Positions 49,273 to 59,750 are shown, numbered from the stretch's first letter. The stretch is 64,000 nt of DNA from an uncultured Actinomycetota bacterium (GCA_963713225.1 CAVQLB010000010.1:25686-89685); one strand, 5' to 3'. Made by a program: numbers and translations. Notes: generated from the sequence alone by a model not told the origin.

Positions 49273-50442
49273 ATGGCAGGCAATCTGGCAGCCGTCCTCG
49301 GGACCGGGCAGACGAAGTACGTCGCCAAACGCAAGGACGTGTCGATGAACGGCCTCGTCCGCGAGGCCATCGACAAGGCGCTCGAGGACTCAGGGTCGAC
49401 GTTCGACGACATCGACGCCGTGGTGGTCGGCAAGGCGCCCGACTTCTTCGAGGGCGTCATGATGCCGGAGCTGTTCATGGCCGACGCCGTCGGCGCCACC
49501 GGCAAGCCGCTGATCCGGGTGCACACCGCAGGCTCGGTCGGCGGGTCGACCGCGATCGTCGCGGCCAGCCTGGTGCAGTCCGGCAAGTACAAGCGCGTGC
49601 TGACGATGGCCTGGGAGAAGCAGTCCGAGTCGAATGCCATGTGGGCGCTGTCGATTCCGGTGCCGTTCACCAAGCCGGTCGGCGCGGGTGCGGGCGGCTA
49701 CTTCGCCCCGCACGTGCGGTCCTACATCCGGCGTTCGGGCGCGCCGACGCACATCGGCGCGATGGTCGCGGTCAAAGACCGGCTCAACGGCGCGAAGAAC
49801 CCGCTGGCCCACCTGCACCAGCCCGACATCACGCTGGAGAAGGTGATGGCGTCTCAGATGCTCTGGGACCCGATCCGGTTCGACGAGACGTGCCCCTCGT
49901 CCGACGGCGCCTGCGCGCTGGTGATCGGCAACGAGGCAATCGCCGACGCGCGAGTGGCCGACGGCCATCCCGTCGCATGGATCCACGCCACCGCGCTGCG
50001 CACCGAACCGCTCGCCTACTCCGGACGCGACCAGGTCAACCCCCAGGCCGGGCGCGACGCTTCAGCGGCGTTGTGGCGCGACGCGGGCATCAGCTCGCCG
50101 ATCGACGAGATCGACGTCGCCGAGGTCTACGTGCCGTTCTCCTGGTTCGAGCCGATGTGGCTGGAGAACCTCGGCTTCGCCCCGGAGGGCGAGGGCTGGA
50201 AGCTCACCGAAGCCGGCGAGACGGCGATCGGCGGCCGCATTCCGTTCAATCCGTCCGGCGGCGTGCTGTCGTCCAACCCCATCGGCGCATCCGGCATGAT
50301 CCGCTTCGCCGAATCGGCCATCCAGGTGATGGGCAAGGCAGGCGACCACCAGGTCGAAGGTGCCCGCAAGGCGCTCGGCCACGCGTACGGCGGCGGATCG
50401 CAGTATTACTCGATGTGGGTCGTCTCGGCGGACAAGCCATGA
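49273..50442 (+). CDS. ltp3: Thiolase-like lipid transfer protein
   Basis: HTAGSVGG, CPSSDGA, NPIGASG, HAYGGG. Confidence 0.9.
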   Translation: MAGNLAAVLGTGQTKYVAKRKDVSMNGLVREAIDKALEDSGSTFDDIDAVVVGKAPDFFEGVMMPELFMADAVGATGKPLIRVHTAGSVGGSTAIVAASLVQSGKYKRVLTMAWEKQSESNAMWALSIPVPFTKPVGAGAGGYFAPHVRSYIRRSGAPTHIGAMVAVKDRLNGAKNPLAHLHQPDITLEKVMASQMLWDPIRFDETCPSSDGACALVIGNEAIADARVADGHPVAWIHATALRTEPLAYSGRDQVNPQAGRDASAALWRDAGISSPIDEIDVAEVYVPFSWFEPMWLENLGFAPEGEGWKLTEAGETAIGGRIPFNPSGGVLSSNPIGASGMIRFAESAIQVMGKAGDHQVEGARKALGHAYGGGSQYYSMWVVSADKP

Positions 50443-51326
50443 CGCGCATGCAGTACACGTGCAGTGTGGCCATGAGCGGGATCAACGATTTCGTCGAGAT
50501 CGCCAAAACCGCTGAGGAACTCGGGTTCGACTCGATCGCGCTGCCGGACTCGATCTTCTACATGGAACAGCAGTCGACGGACTATCCCTACACTCCCGAC
50601 GGTTCGCGGATGTGGAACGCCGACACCGAGTGGGTGGATCCGCTGATCGCCGCGGGCGCCATGGGTGCGGTGACCTCGACGCTGCGGTTCTACACCAACG
50701 TGATGAAGCTGGGCTCCCGCAACCCGCTGCTGCTGGCGCGTCAGGTGGGGTCGGTGGCCAACCTGACCAACAACCGATTCGGATTTGGTGTCGGAATCGG
50801 CTGGGCGCCTGAGGAATTCGAGTGGTGCGGCGTGCCCTACCCCAAGCGGGGTAAGCGCGTCGACGAGATGATCGACGTGATCAAGCTGCTCCTCGGTGGC
50901 GGCATGGTCGAATTCCACGGCGACTTCTACGATTTCGACAAGTTGCAGATGAGTCCGGGTCCGTCCAAGCCGGTGCCGTTCTACGTCGGCGGCCACACAG
51001 ATGTGGCGCTGCGCCGGGCCGTGCGGATCGGCGACGGCTGGACGAGCGCGATGATGAAGGGCAAGGAGATCGCGGAGACGATCACCCAGCTCAAGGCGCT
51101 GCTGGCCGATGCGGGCCGGGCCGACGATCCGTTCGAATACCAGGTGGTGTGCATCGACAAGTTCGGAGTCGAGGGCCACCGCGAACTCGCCGAGTCCGGC
51201 GTCACCGACTACATCACCATTCCGTGGATGATCGAGGGGCTGGGCTTCGACCCGCCGCTCGAGCAGAAGAAGGACGCGATGAAGCGTTTCGCCGATACCT
51301 ACATCCACTCGGGCTGGCAGGAGTGA
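50439..51326 (+). CDS. F420-dependent LLM-class oxidoreductase (TIGR03619-like)
   Basis: ALPDSIFY, WVDPLIA, RNPLLLARQV, YVGGHT; ATGA overlap with ltp3. Confidence 0.85.
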   Translation: MTRMQYTCSVAMSGINDFVEIAKTAEELGFDSIALPDSIFYMEQQSTDYPYTPDGSRMWNADTEWVDPLIAAGAMGAVTSTLRFYTNVMKLGSRNPLLLARQVGSVANLTNNRFGFGVGIGWAPEEFEWCGVPYPKRGKRVDEMIDVIKLLLGGGMVEFHGDFYDFDKLQMSPGPSKPVPFYVGGHTDVALRRAVRIGDGWTSAMMKGKEIAETITQLKALLADAGRADDPFEYQVVCIDKFGVEGHRELAESGVTDYITIPWMIEGLGFDPPLEQKKDAMKRFADTYIHSGWQE

Positions 51327-51727
51327 GCGACTCGCCAGTCCACCTCGCGGGTAAGCGATCCCGCGAGGCCGCCGTGGCCCGCGACAAAGAAGCCTGGCTG
51401 GCGATGTTCGCCGACGACGCCATCGTCGAGGATCCGATCGGCCCGTCGCACTTCGACCCGGAGGGCAAGGGACACCGGGGCAAGGAGGCGATCTCGAAGT
51501 TCTACGACATGGCGATCGCCCCGAGCGAGCTGACGTTCAACTTCGAGAAGACCTATGAGTGCGGCAATGAGGAAGCCAATATCGGCAACATCGTCATCCG
51601 GTCGCGCGGGTACGAGGTCACCGCCGAAGGCGTGTTCACCTACCGGGTGAACGACGAGGGCAAGATCGTGGCGCTGCGCGCCTACTGGGAAGTCGACGCC
51701 GCCACCAAGAGCGCCCGCAAGGTCTAA
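51323..51727 (+). CDS. NTF2/SnoaL-like (ketosteroid isomerase-like) protein
   Basis: FADDAIVEDPIG, LRAYW; GTGA overlap with the upstream gene. Confidence 0.85.
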   Translation: MSDSPVHLAGKRSREAAVARDKEAWLAMFADDAIVEDPIGPSHFDPEGKGHRGKEAISKFYDMAIAPSELTFNFEKTYECGNEEANIGNIVIRSRGYEVTAEGVFTYRVNDEGKIVALRAYWEVDAATKSARKV

Positions 51728-52266
51728 GGCGTTCCAGGTTCGGTGATCTCCCGCAATCCATCTGCGTAACGCCGCGCCAGATCCTGGTACGCGCCCGGGT
51801 TGGTGTCCACCCACATCTGGGCTCCGGTCCCGGCGACCGGGCCCCGGATCTTCGCAGGCGAACCGGCCACGACGACTTCGTCGGGGATCTTCGTCCCGCC
51901 CACCACGAGCGAATGCGCAGCGACCAGGCTGCGCGAACCGATCACCGCACCGTCCAGCACCGTCGCGTGGTTGGCGATCACCGCCTCGGCCCCGATGTGA
52001 ACTCCGTGGATCACACAACCGTGTGCCACCGTCGCCCCGGGGCCGACGTCGACGGGGATGCCAGGCGGCGCGTGCAGCACGCAGCAGTCCTGCACGTTGG
52101 CGCCCTCGCGGACGATAATGGGCGCGAAGTCGGCACGAATGACCGCGTTGAACCACACGGACGCGCCTGCCTCGACATGAACATCGCCGACCAGAGTGGC
52201 GGTCGGGGCGATGAAAGCGCCCGGATCGACCGTCGGCGCCCGGCCCTCGAACGAATACAGCGGCAT
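51724..52266 (-). CDS. Gamma carbonic anhydrase-like hexapeptide protein (Rv3525c-like)
   Basis: VWFNAVIRAD, ANVQDCCVLH, VAHGCVIHG. Confidence 0.9.
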   Translation of the reverse strand: MPLYSFEGRAPTVDPGAFIAPTATLVGDVHVEAGASVWFNAVIRADFAPIIVREGANVQDCCVLHAPPGIPVDVGPGATVAHGCVIHGVHIGAEAVIANHATVLDGAVIGSRSLVAAHSLVVGGTKIPDEVVVAGSPAKIRGPVAGTGAQMWVDTNPGAYQDLARRYADGLREITEPGTP

Positions 52267-52323
52267 TCGTACAGATATACCGCAGGTAGGGCGGGTTTAT
52301 ATTGCGCCGACGAGGGTAAAAAC

Positions 52324-52337
52324 TGTAACGTGTTCTA
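52324..52337. promoter_or_regulatory. KstR operator upstream of kshA
   Basis: TGTAACGTGTTCTA, exact consensus match. Confidence 0.85.
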
Positions 52338-52338
52338 G

Positions 52339-52362
52339 TTAGAGCACTCATTAGAGCACTCA
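52339..52362 (+). repeat. Perfect 12-bp tandem duplication TTAGAGCACTCA x2
   Basis: Lies between the KstR box and the AAGGAGG RBS of kshA. Confidence 0.85.
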
Positions 52363-52375
52363 AAGGAGGTGTGTC

Positions 52376-53549
52376 GTGACGACGGAAGCCGCTAGCCCAG
52401 GCATTCGCGAGATCGACACCGGAGCCCTGCCCGACCGCTACGCACGCGGTTGGCACTGCCTTGGCCCGGTGAAGGACTACCTCGATGGGAAGCCGCACGG
52501 CGTCGAGATCTTCGGCACCATGCTGGTCGTGTTCGCCGACTCGCACGGCGAGGTCAAGATTCTCGACGGCTATTGCCGCCACATGGGCGGCAACCTTTCA
52601 CAGGGCACCATCAAGGGCGACGAGGTGGCGTGCCCCTTCCACGACTGGCGCTGGGGCGGCGACGGCAAATGCAAGCTGGTGCCGTACGCCAAGCGCACAC
52701 CGCGCATGGCCCGCACCCGCGCGTGGACACACCGACGTCCGCGGCGGACTGCTGTTCGTCTGGCACGACCACGAAGGCAACCCGCCGCCCGAAGAGGTGC
52801 GCGTTCCCGACATCGCGGAGTCCGCCAGCGACGAGTGGACCGACTGGCGGTGGAACACGATGCTGATCGAGGGCTCCAACTGCCGCGAGATCATCGACAA
52901 CGTCACCGACATGGCGCACTTCTTCTACATCCACTTCGGGCTGCCCACGTACTTCAAGAACGTCTTCGAGGGCCACATCGCGTCGCAGTACCTGCACAAC
53001 GTCGGGCGGCCGGACGTGAACGACCTGGGCACCTCCTACGGCGAGGCGCACCTGGACTCCGAGGCCAGCTACTTCGGGCCGTCGTTCATGATCAACTGGC
53101 TGCACAACAACTACGGCGGTTTCAAGGCCGAGTCGATCCTGATCAACTGCCACTACCCGGTGAGCCAGGATTCGTTCGTGCTGCAGTGGGGCGTCATCGT
53201 CGAGAAGCCCAAGGGCCTCGACGAGGAGACCACCGAGAGGCTGGCCCGGGTGTTCACCGAAGGTGTCAGCAAGGGCTTCCTGCAGGACGTCGAGATCTGG
53301 AAGCACAAGACCCGCATCGACAATCCGCTGCTGGTCGAGGAGGACGGTGCCGTCTATCAGATGCGGCGTTGGTATCAGCAGTTCTATGTCGACGTCGCCG
53401 ACGTGACGCCTGACATGACCGACCGCTTCGAGATCGAGGTCGACACCACTGCCGCCAACGAGAAGTGGCACGTCGAGGTCGAAGAGAACCTCAAGGCACG
53501 CGCCGACGAAGCCGAAGAGAAGGAAAAGGCCGAACAGACGTCGTCATGA
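52376..53549 (+). pseudogene. kshA: 3-ketosteroid 9-alpha-hydroxylase oxygenase, frameshift at ~52727 as assembled
   Basis: Rieske CRHMGG and CPFHDW; Fe ligands DNVTDMAHFFYIH; DVEIWKHK; one extra A. Confidence 0.9.
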
Positions 53550-54037
53550 GTTCCCGCGACAGTGAGGAAGCACCGGACGTCGATCGGCTGGCCCGGTCGA
53601 TGTTGCTCCTGCACGGCGCTCACGATGACGACGACCACGCCCACGGCGACAACGGAACGGGCGGCGGGACTTGGTCCAAGGCACCGGATTTCGCGTCCGA
53701 CCCGGACCGGGCGGCCGCCGTACGGGAGGCCACCAAGCGGGACCGGGAACGCTACCTGAACTCGGGACTGGTGACCGTCGACTGCCGGTTCTGCCACGTG
53801 TCGGTCAGCGTCAAGAAGTTGGGTCCCGCGCACACGTCGGTCCAGTGGAACTCCGAAGCGTCAGGGCGCTGCGCTTTCTTCACCGAGGTCCGCGAGTCCG
53901 GCGGTGAGCCGGCCCGCACGCGGTCCTGCCCGAAGCTGTCCGACAGCATCAAGCACGCCGTAGCCGAAGGATGTCTGGAGGAAGTGTCATCGTCGCCGTC
54001 CCCGGGCGACAGCGACGATGGGGCTGGCCCTGGTTGA
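53546..54037 (+). CDS. Conserved Cys-containing protein (Rv3527-like)
   Basis: CRFC, HTSVQW, SCPKL; ATGA-coupled to kshA. Confidence 0.85.
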   Translation: MSSRDSEEAPDVDRLARSMLLLHGAHDDDDHAHGDNGTGGGTWSKAPDFASDPDRAAAVREATKRDRERYLNSGLVTVDCRFCHVSVSVKKLGPAHTSVQWNSEASGRCAFFTEVRESGGEPARTRSCPKLSDSIKHAVAEGCLEEVSSSPSPGDSDDGAGPG

Positions 54038-54059
54038 CGGCTTTCCTGTGGGTTTGCTG

Positions 54060-54220
54060 ATGCCGACGCGGGGAGGCATGCGGCTCAGGGCTCAGCGACC
54101 GTGGACGTCAAGGTCCCGTCGGTCGGCGGCAAGATCAAAAGCTTCATCGGTAGCAAGCTGGCCGAACCGATCGCGGCAGTACAGACCTTCAACGCGCGAT
54201 ATATCACGGAGCGTGCATGA
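54060..54220 (+). pseudogene. C-terminal remnant of a DUF2505-like protein
   Basis: TVDVKVPSVGGKIKSFIGSKLAE...ITERA* with no N-terminal part; sits at the island boundary. Confidence 0.4.
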
Positions 54221-54449
54221 CACTGTTCGGCGCAAAACGGGTGCTCATGGGGCATGAATGATCGGCCATTGGCTGCGCGTCACAGGCCCCGAAGGGTAGT
54301 CACCATCCTTTCCTACCGTGCCCCACCACTGCTTGAGAAGACGATGGCGCCTCCCCGTTAGGAAAACTGGTGTGCCGTAACCGCGCGCCTCCGGTGCTGT
54401 TTGCTCTAAGCTCTGTGCATTGTTGCCGGTACCGAGAGGGGCTCGCCAA

Positions 54450-56174
54450 ATGGATGGATCCATTCACGCCCTCCTGCGCGAGCGCGCGAGTTTGCAGCCC
54501 AATGACACGGCGTTCACATTCCTCGACTACGAGCACGACTGGGAAGGCGTTGCCGAAAGCCTGACGTGGGCGCAGCTGTATCGCCGCTCTCTGAACCTTG
54601 CACTTGAACTCAAAGGATGCGGGTCGACCGGTGACCGGGCGGTGATATTGGCGCCCCAAGGGCTCGACTACATCGTTGCATTTCTAGGAGCGTTGGAAGC
54701 CGGACTCATCGCAGTTCCGCTTTCGGTCCCAATGGTGGCTGTTCACGATGAGCGTGTCACCGCCGTGCTGCGTGACGCGTCGCCTTCTGTCATTCTCACG
54801 ACATCGTCTGTGGTTGAGACCGTTGTCCCCTACGCTCAGCTGCCACCGGGCGATCCCGCGCCCTCTGTCGTCGAAGTTGATTCGCTCGACTTGGACTCCC
54901 GGAAAGGTTCCGGCGCCCGGCGAGAGAGCCGGCCCGACATTGCGTATCTGCAGTACACGTCCGGGTCGACTCGCACACCGGCCGGAGTCACGGTCTCGAA
55001 TAGGAACCTGTCGGCCAATTACGAGCAGATCATGTCCGATTATTTTGGGGACTACGAGAACGCACCGCCGAAAACTCTTGTGTCGTGGCTGCCGTTCTAT
55101 CACGACATGGGATTGATGTTGGGTTTGTGCGCCGGGATTCTGGGTGGCTGGCAAACCGTGGTCATGACACCGATGTCGTTCCTCCAGCGACCAGCCCGTT
55201 GGATCCAATCGCTGGCAAGCAATCCGCGCACATTGTCGGCAGCGCCCAACTTCGCTTTCGAACTGGCGGCAGGACGAACATCAGACGCTGATATGGCCGG
55301 GCTTGATCTCGGAGATGTGCTGTACATGCTGTGCGGTGCCGAACGGGTAAACGCCGCCACGCTCAGGCGCTTCACACAGCGGTTCAGGCGTTTCGGTCTT
55401 CGCGAGTCGGTGGTACGCCCCTCTTACGGACTCGCGGAGGCAACCTTGTACGTGGCCACCAACGCGCCGGGTCGCCCGCCCGATTTCGCCCATTTCGAGC
55501 CCGAGAAATTGTCGGTTGGTCACGCGAAGCGATGCGGGACCGGTACGGCACTGGTCAGTTACGGTACGCCGCGGTCTCCGATCGTGCGGATCGTCGATCC
55601 CGAGACCGCGACTGAGAACCAGGCGGGAATGATCGGCGAGATCTGGGTGCACGGTGAAAACGTCAGCTCGGGGTATTGGCGCAGACCAGTCGAAACGGAG
55701 CAAACCTTCGCGGCAACAATAATTACCCCCTCGCCTCGCACACCCGAACATCGTTGGCTGAGAACCGGAGACCTCGGTTTCATCTCCGACGGCGAGTTGT
55801 TCATCGTGGGCCGCATGAAGGATCTCTTGATCGTGCGCGGGCGTAACCACTATCCCGACGACATCGAGGGGACCATTCAGGAGATATCGGGCGGCCGAGT
55901 CGCGGCCATAGCGGTCACCGATGATGACACGGAGAAGCTTGTCGTGATCGTCGAACTCAAAAAGCGAGGCCAGCACGACCAGGACGTGAGCCAGACGCTC
56001 CGCAATTTCAAGGGAGAAGTTACCTCGGCGATATCGAATTCACACGGTCTGAGCGTTGCGGATGTCGTTCTGGTATCGCCAGGTTCGATTCCGATCACAA
56101 CAAGCGGAAAGATCAGGCGGGCAACCTGCGTCGAACTTTATCGAGACGGCGAGTTTCAACGCTTAGACGTGTAA
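54450..56174 (+). CDS. Fatty acyl-AMP ligase (FAAL, FadD21/23/26/28-like)
   Basis: [40 protein letters not shown]-type insertion ([10 protein letters not shown]), [16 protein letters not shown]. Confidence 0.92.
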   Translation: MDGSIHALLRERASLQPNDTAFTFLDYEHDWEGVAESLTWAQLYRRSLNLALELKGCGSTGDRAVILAPQGLDYIVAFLGALEAGLIAVPLSVPMVAVHDERVTAVLRDASPSVILTTSSVVETVVPYAQLPPGDPAPSVVEVDSLDLDSRKGSGARRESRPDIAYLQYTSGSTRTPAGVTVSNRNLSANYEQIMSDYFGDYENAPPKTLVSWLPFYHDMGLMLGLCAGILGGWQTVVMTPMSFLQRPARWIQSLASNPRTLSAAPNFAFELAAGRTSDADMAGLDLGDVLYMLCGAERVNAATLRRFTQRFRRFGLRESVVRPSYGLAEATLYVATNAPGRPPDFAHFEPEKLSVGHAKRCGTGTALVSYGTPRSPIVRIVDPETATENQAGMIGEIWVHGENVSSGYWRRPVETEQTFAATIITPSPRTPEHRWLRTGDLGFISDGELFIVGRMKDLLIVRGRNHYPDDIEGTIQEISGGRVAAIAVTDDDTEKLVVIVELKKRGQHDQDVSQTLRNFKGEVTSAISNSHGLSVADVVLVSPGSIPITTSGKIRRATCVELYRDGEFQRLDV

Positions 56175-56416
56175 GCAGGCGCGGTACCAGAGACCGCGAT
56201 AAGCCAGGCCTGTCTCGAGGAGCGCGGCGACGTCACCAAGATCGTGTCGACATCGCCGCTCGGTGGCCAGTCGACCAATGGACGACTTGGTCACGGGCAT
56301 CACGAGCCTGCCGTTGCCTCTAGTCCTGGCCTCGTCACTTCATTTACCGGGTTTGCCATTTTCCACCCACAAACTGGCGCGTCGGTGCAATAATGCATGT
56401 TGACAACTTCTAAGGG

Positions 56417-56728
56417 GTGATCATCGTGGTTCGTGCACTTCTCATCGCGGTAGCTGGGTTGGCATCCGCGGCGGCGTTCGCGACGCCAGCGGCGGCCGAC
56501 CCGACGCCGGCTCCTTGCGTCTCGGACATGTGCGTCTATCAGCAGTTCTCCGACGAAGATGAGTCGGATGACGAGGGGGCCAATCAAGACGAGTGGGCCG
56601 GCCCAGACGATTGGGTCGCCCCATTGGAAGACGCAGGGATCTACCCGAACCTCGGGATCTGCGGTGGATTCGATACCGCGATTCCGTTCATCGCGACCTA
56701 CGGCTGCCTGCCTCTCGTAGGTGGATAA
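56417..56728 (+). CDS. Small secreted acidic 4-Cys protein
   Basis: Signal peptide ending PAAA-D; CVSDMC; acidic run DEDESDDE; second Cys pair C-x14-C. Confidence 0.7.
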   Translation: MIIVVRALLIAVAGLASAAAFATPAAADPTPAPCVSDMCVYQQFSDEDESDDEGANQDEWAGPDDWVAPLEDAGIYPNLGICGGFDTAIPFIATYGCLPLVGG

Positions 56729-56878
56729 GGACTCGCACATTCGGGCGGGCCGCATAGCGCTCACCCACCCCCAGAGCCGAATTGGTAATCGTCCAACAGT
56801 GGGGATTTCCACATCGAAGAGCTGGCGGTGTTCGACGGCAATGCCTCGAGTTGCCTTAACCGTATTGCTGGAGCGCCG

Positions 56879-57910
56879 ATGCCGTCACTAAGCCTCAATC
56901 CCGGGAACCGGACGGCGCACGGGCCTCGCGTGAGCGTCATCGTGCCGACCTACGAGCGGCGCGATCTAGTGCTCGGAGCTGTCAGGGCGCTCGCCCGGCA
57001 GGCGTTCGATCACCCGTTGGAGGTCGTCGTGGTGGTGGACGGGACGGCTGAAGCACTCCAGCGAACGACCTGGCCCTTGCCCTTACGCGTCATCGAGCAG
57101 GCGAATCAAGGTGCCGCGCGCGCCAGGAACCGGGCGCAGCTGAAGCGGCCGGCGAAATTCTCCTGTTTCTCGACGACGACATGACCGCCGACCCCCTCCT
57201 GCTTGCCGAGCACGACCGCTCGCATCGAGAGGGCGCCGAGGTTGTGCTTGGCCACGTGCCCCTACACCCGGACTCGCCGCCCGGCTTCCTCAGCATCGGG
57301 GTCGAGCAATGGGCCGAGCAGCGACGGCGCCGGCCGCGCAGCCGGGCACGGAGCTCACCTTGACGATCTGCTGACTGGGCAGCTTTCGGTCAGCCGAGCC
57401 GCCTTCGACCGGGTCGGCGGCTTTGATCTGCGTTTCACCCTCGGCGGGACATTTGGCAATGAGGACGTCGACTTTGGGTACCGGCTGGTGCAGTCTGGCT
57501 TTCGCTGCGCATTCAACCCCGCGGCGATCAGCTGGCAACGCTATGTCATCTCCGCGTCCGAGCTTTTGCGGCGGACCAGGGATGTCGGCCAAGCCGATGT
57601 CGCATTCGCCCGCAAGCATCCTGAACGGGGCGCCGAGCTCTTCCGGCTTAACGGCGGCCCTTTCGGCCGCTGGGTGTTGCGGACCCTCGCGGCTGAAAGT
57701 GGTGGGCGCGCCGTGGTTGCAGCCATACCGCCGCGTCATCGCGATGACGAGTCCCTTAAGTTCGCGGGGGCGAAAGCTAGCCTCCTGAACCTCAACGACC
57801 ACCCCATCCGCGACCACCCATTGGCGTTACAAGGGCGCCCTCCGGCCAGCTGCGCATCCCGACGTGACGTCTTCCGCCACCAGTTTGCCCTTTCCAACGA
57901 AACTTCATGA
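56879..57910 (+). pseudogene. GT2 glycosyltransferase, at least 2 frameshifts and a truncated or fused C-terminus
   Basis: VSVIVPTY, NQGAARARN, [fs] LLFLDDD, [fs] GNEDVDFGYRL. Confidence 0.8.
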
Positions 57911-58080
57911 CCGTGGGCGCGGCACTGTGGGGGTGGCGTGAGTTCGGCGGCGCTTCGCATTGGCTACGTGGTTTGCCAACGATGGTGCCGAGGCCTGGAA
58001 GCGCACCCGAACTACTGCGTAACGCCGCATACGCCGATTTTGCGTTCACAGCTCCTCTACCGACGGTATCGTCTGATTTC

Positions 58081-59010
58081 GTGATCGAGGTTATTAGCTT
58101 ATCCAAGACGTTCGCCGGGACAGTCCACGCATTGCAGGACGTTAGCTTCGCGGTTCCCACAGGCTCGATCTGCGCTCTGCTCGGCCACAACGGCGCCGGT
58201 AAGACGACGACAATCAAAATCCTGTCCACGTTGCTGCGGCCCACCTCCGGCCAAGCGACGGTAGCGGGCCACGACGTCGTCCGGCACGGCGCACAGGTAC
58301 GCGAAAGCATCGCGGTCATCGGACAGTACGCCGCACTCGATGTGTATCTCACCGGGCGAGAGAACCTGGTGTGGTTTGGTCGGTTGCGGGGACTGCGGCG
58401 CAACCATGCGCGGCTACGCGCCGACCATTTGATCGAGCAGTTCGGCATGTCGCACGCCGCCGACCGGCTGGTACGCACCTATTCGGGTGGCGAGTGGCGC
58501 CGCTTCGATATCGCCGCTGCGCTGATGGTTCCACCGGAAGTGCTCTTCGTCGACGAGCCGACAAACGGGCTGGACCCGCGTGCCCGCCGCGACGTGTGGA
58601 CCCTGGTGTCATCGTTGTCAGCCCAGGGCGTCACAGTCCTGCTCACGACACAGAATCTCGAAGAAGCCGACGTTCTCAGCGACTCGATCGTCATCATCAA
58701 CTCCGGTCGCGTCGTCGCCAGCGGGACCGCCGAAGAACTCAAACGCCGCGCGGGATTAAGCTACTGCACGGTGAGTCCAGTCCATCCGGGCGACCTGTCC
58801 CGGATCTTCTCAGCAGTCGCCGACATTGGCGGGCAAGCCGATCACGAGGCGAACACGGTCTCGGTGCTGGCGACAAATGGGGTTGCGACGTTCGGTGAAG
58901 TGTTTCGCCGAATCGACCAGCTGGGTGTTGAGCTTCACGACATATCTCTGCGAAAGCCCTCGCTGGACGAGGCATTTCTCCATCTCACCGTGCCGACTGT
59001 CAGCACATGA
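58081..59010 (+). CDS. DrrA-like ABC transporter ATPase
   Basis: Walker A GHNGAGKTT, signature YSGGEWRR, Walker B FVDEP, tail LRKPSLDEAFL. Confidence 0.9.
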   Translation: MIEVISLSKTFAGTVHALQDVSFAVPTGSICALLGHNGAGKTTTIKILSTLLRPTSGQATVAGHDVVRHGAQVRESIAVIGQYAALDVYLTGRENLVWFGRLRGLRRNHARLRADHLIEQFGMSHAADRLVRTYSGGEWRRFDIAAALMVPPEVLFVDEPTNGLDPRARRDVWTLVSSLSAQGVTVLLTTQNLEEADVLSDSIVIINSGRVVASGTAEELKRRAGLSYCTVSPVHPGDLSRIFSAVADIGGQADHEANTVSVLATNGVATFGEVFRRIDQLGVELHDISLRKPSLDEAFLHLTVPTVST

Positions 59011-59750
59011 CCGCACTGGCGGCTCTGACCGAGCGCAGCGTGCAAAGTTCGTTACGCGACCTTGACCTGCCGTTGTCGATGGTGTTGCCGGCGGTCACCT
59101 TCGTCGCCCTCAACCTCGGGCTGCGCAATGTGATCGATACCGGTGGAATGACCTACGCTCAGTACGTCCTGCCGGCCATCATCATTCAGGCGATCGTTAC
59201 CAGCACATTGACCACCGCTGACAGGGCTAACCGGGACCATTGGTCCGATTACGCGGATCGGATTCGCACGTTTCCGATTCCCGCAGTGGTGCCGCTGATG
59301 GCTCGCATGTTGTACTGCCTTCTTCGCGGCGCTCTCGCCTTGGCCGCCGCAATCGCCACTGCATATTTGTTCGGCTTCCGAATGGCGGGTGGGCTCGTGT
59401 ACACGATGGCCTTCGCCGTTCTTGCGCTGACGTTGACGCTGGCGCTGTCGTTCGGCGCCGACGCAACCGGGACTCGGGTAAATGGAAGCGGGGCGTCCAG
59501 TCAGCTGCTACTGGTCCCCCAATTGCTGCTAGTCGGCCTCTCCACCGGGCTCGCGCCGGCCGAAGCATTCCCTGACTGGCTGCACGCGTTCGTACGCTAC
59601 CAGCCTGTTTCACAGGTAACGGAAACCCTGCGCGGGTTCACCAACGGCCATGTCGTGGGCAGCAATCTGACCTCCAGCTTGGCATGGTGCCTTGGGCTGC
59701 TGGTGGTGCTCGGCGCAATCGCGGTGCGGATGGAGAGGCGGAGGCAATGA
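59007..59750 (+). CDS. DrrB-like ABC-2 permease
   Basis: Six hydrophobic segments, FPDWLHAFVRYQPVS; ATGA coupling. Confidence 0.85.
   Translation: MTALAALTERSVQSSLRDLDLPLSMVLPAVTFVALNLGLRNVIDTGGMTYAQYVLPAIIIQAIVTSTLTTADRANRDHWSDYADRIRTFPIPAVVPLMARMLYCLLRGALALAAAIATAYLFGFRMAGGLVYTMAFAVLALTLTLALSFGADATGTRVNGSGASSQLLLVPQLLLVGLSTGLAPAEAFPDWLHAFVRYQPVSQVTETLRGFTNGHVVGSNLTSSLAWCLGLLVVLGAIAVRMERRRQ

Noticed and set aside
40023-52727. Programmed ribosomal frameshifting in the cholesterol genes
   Set aside because: No slippery heptamers or stimulatory structures at the shift sites, and orthologs are known as continuous ORFs.
57750-57906. IS or transposase remnant after the broken GT2
   Set aside because: Composition changes here, but I cannot identify terminal inverted repeats or transposase motifs without a search.
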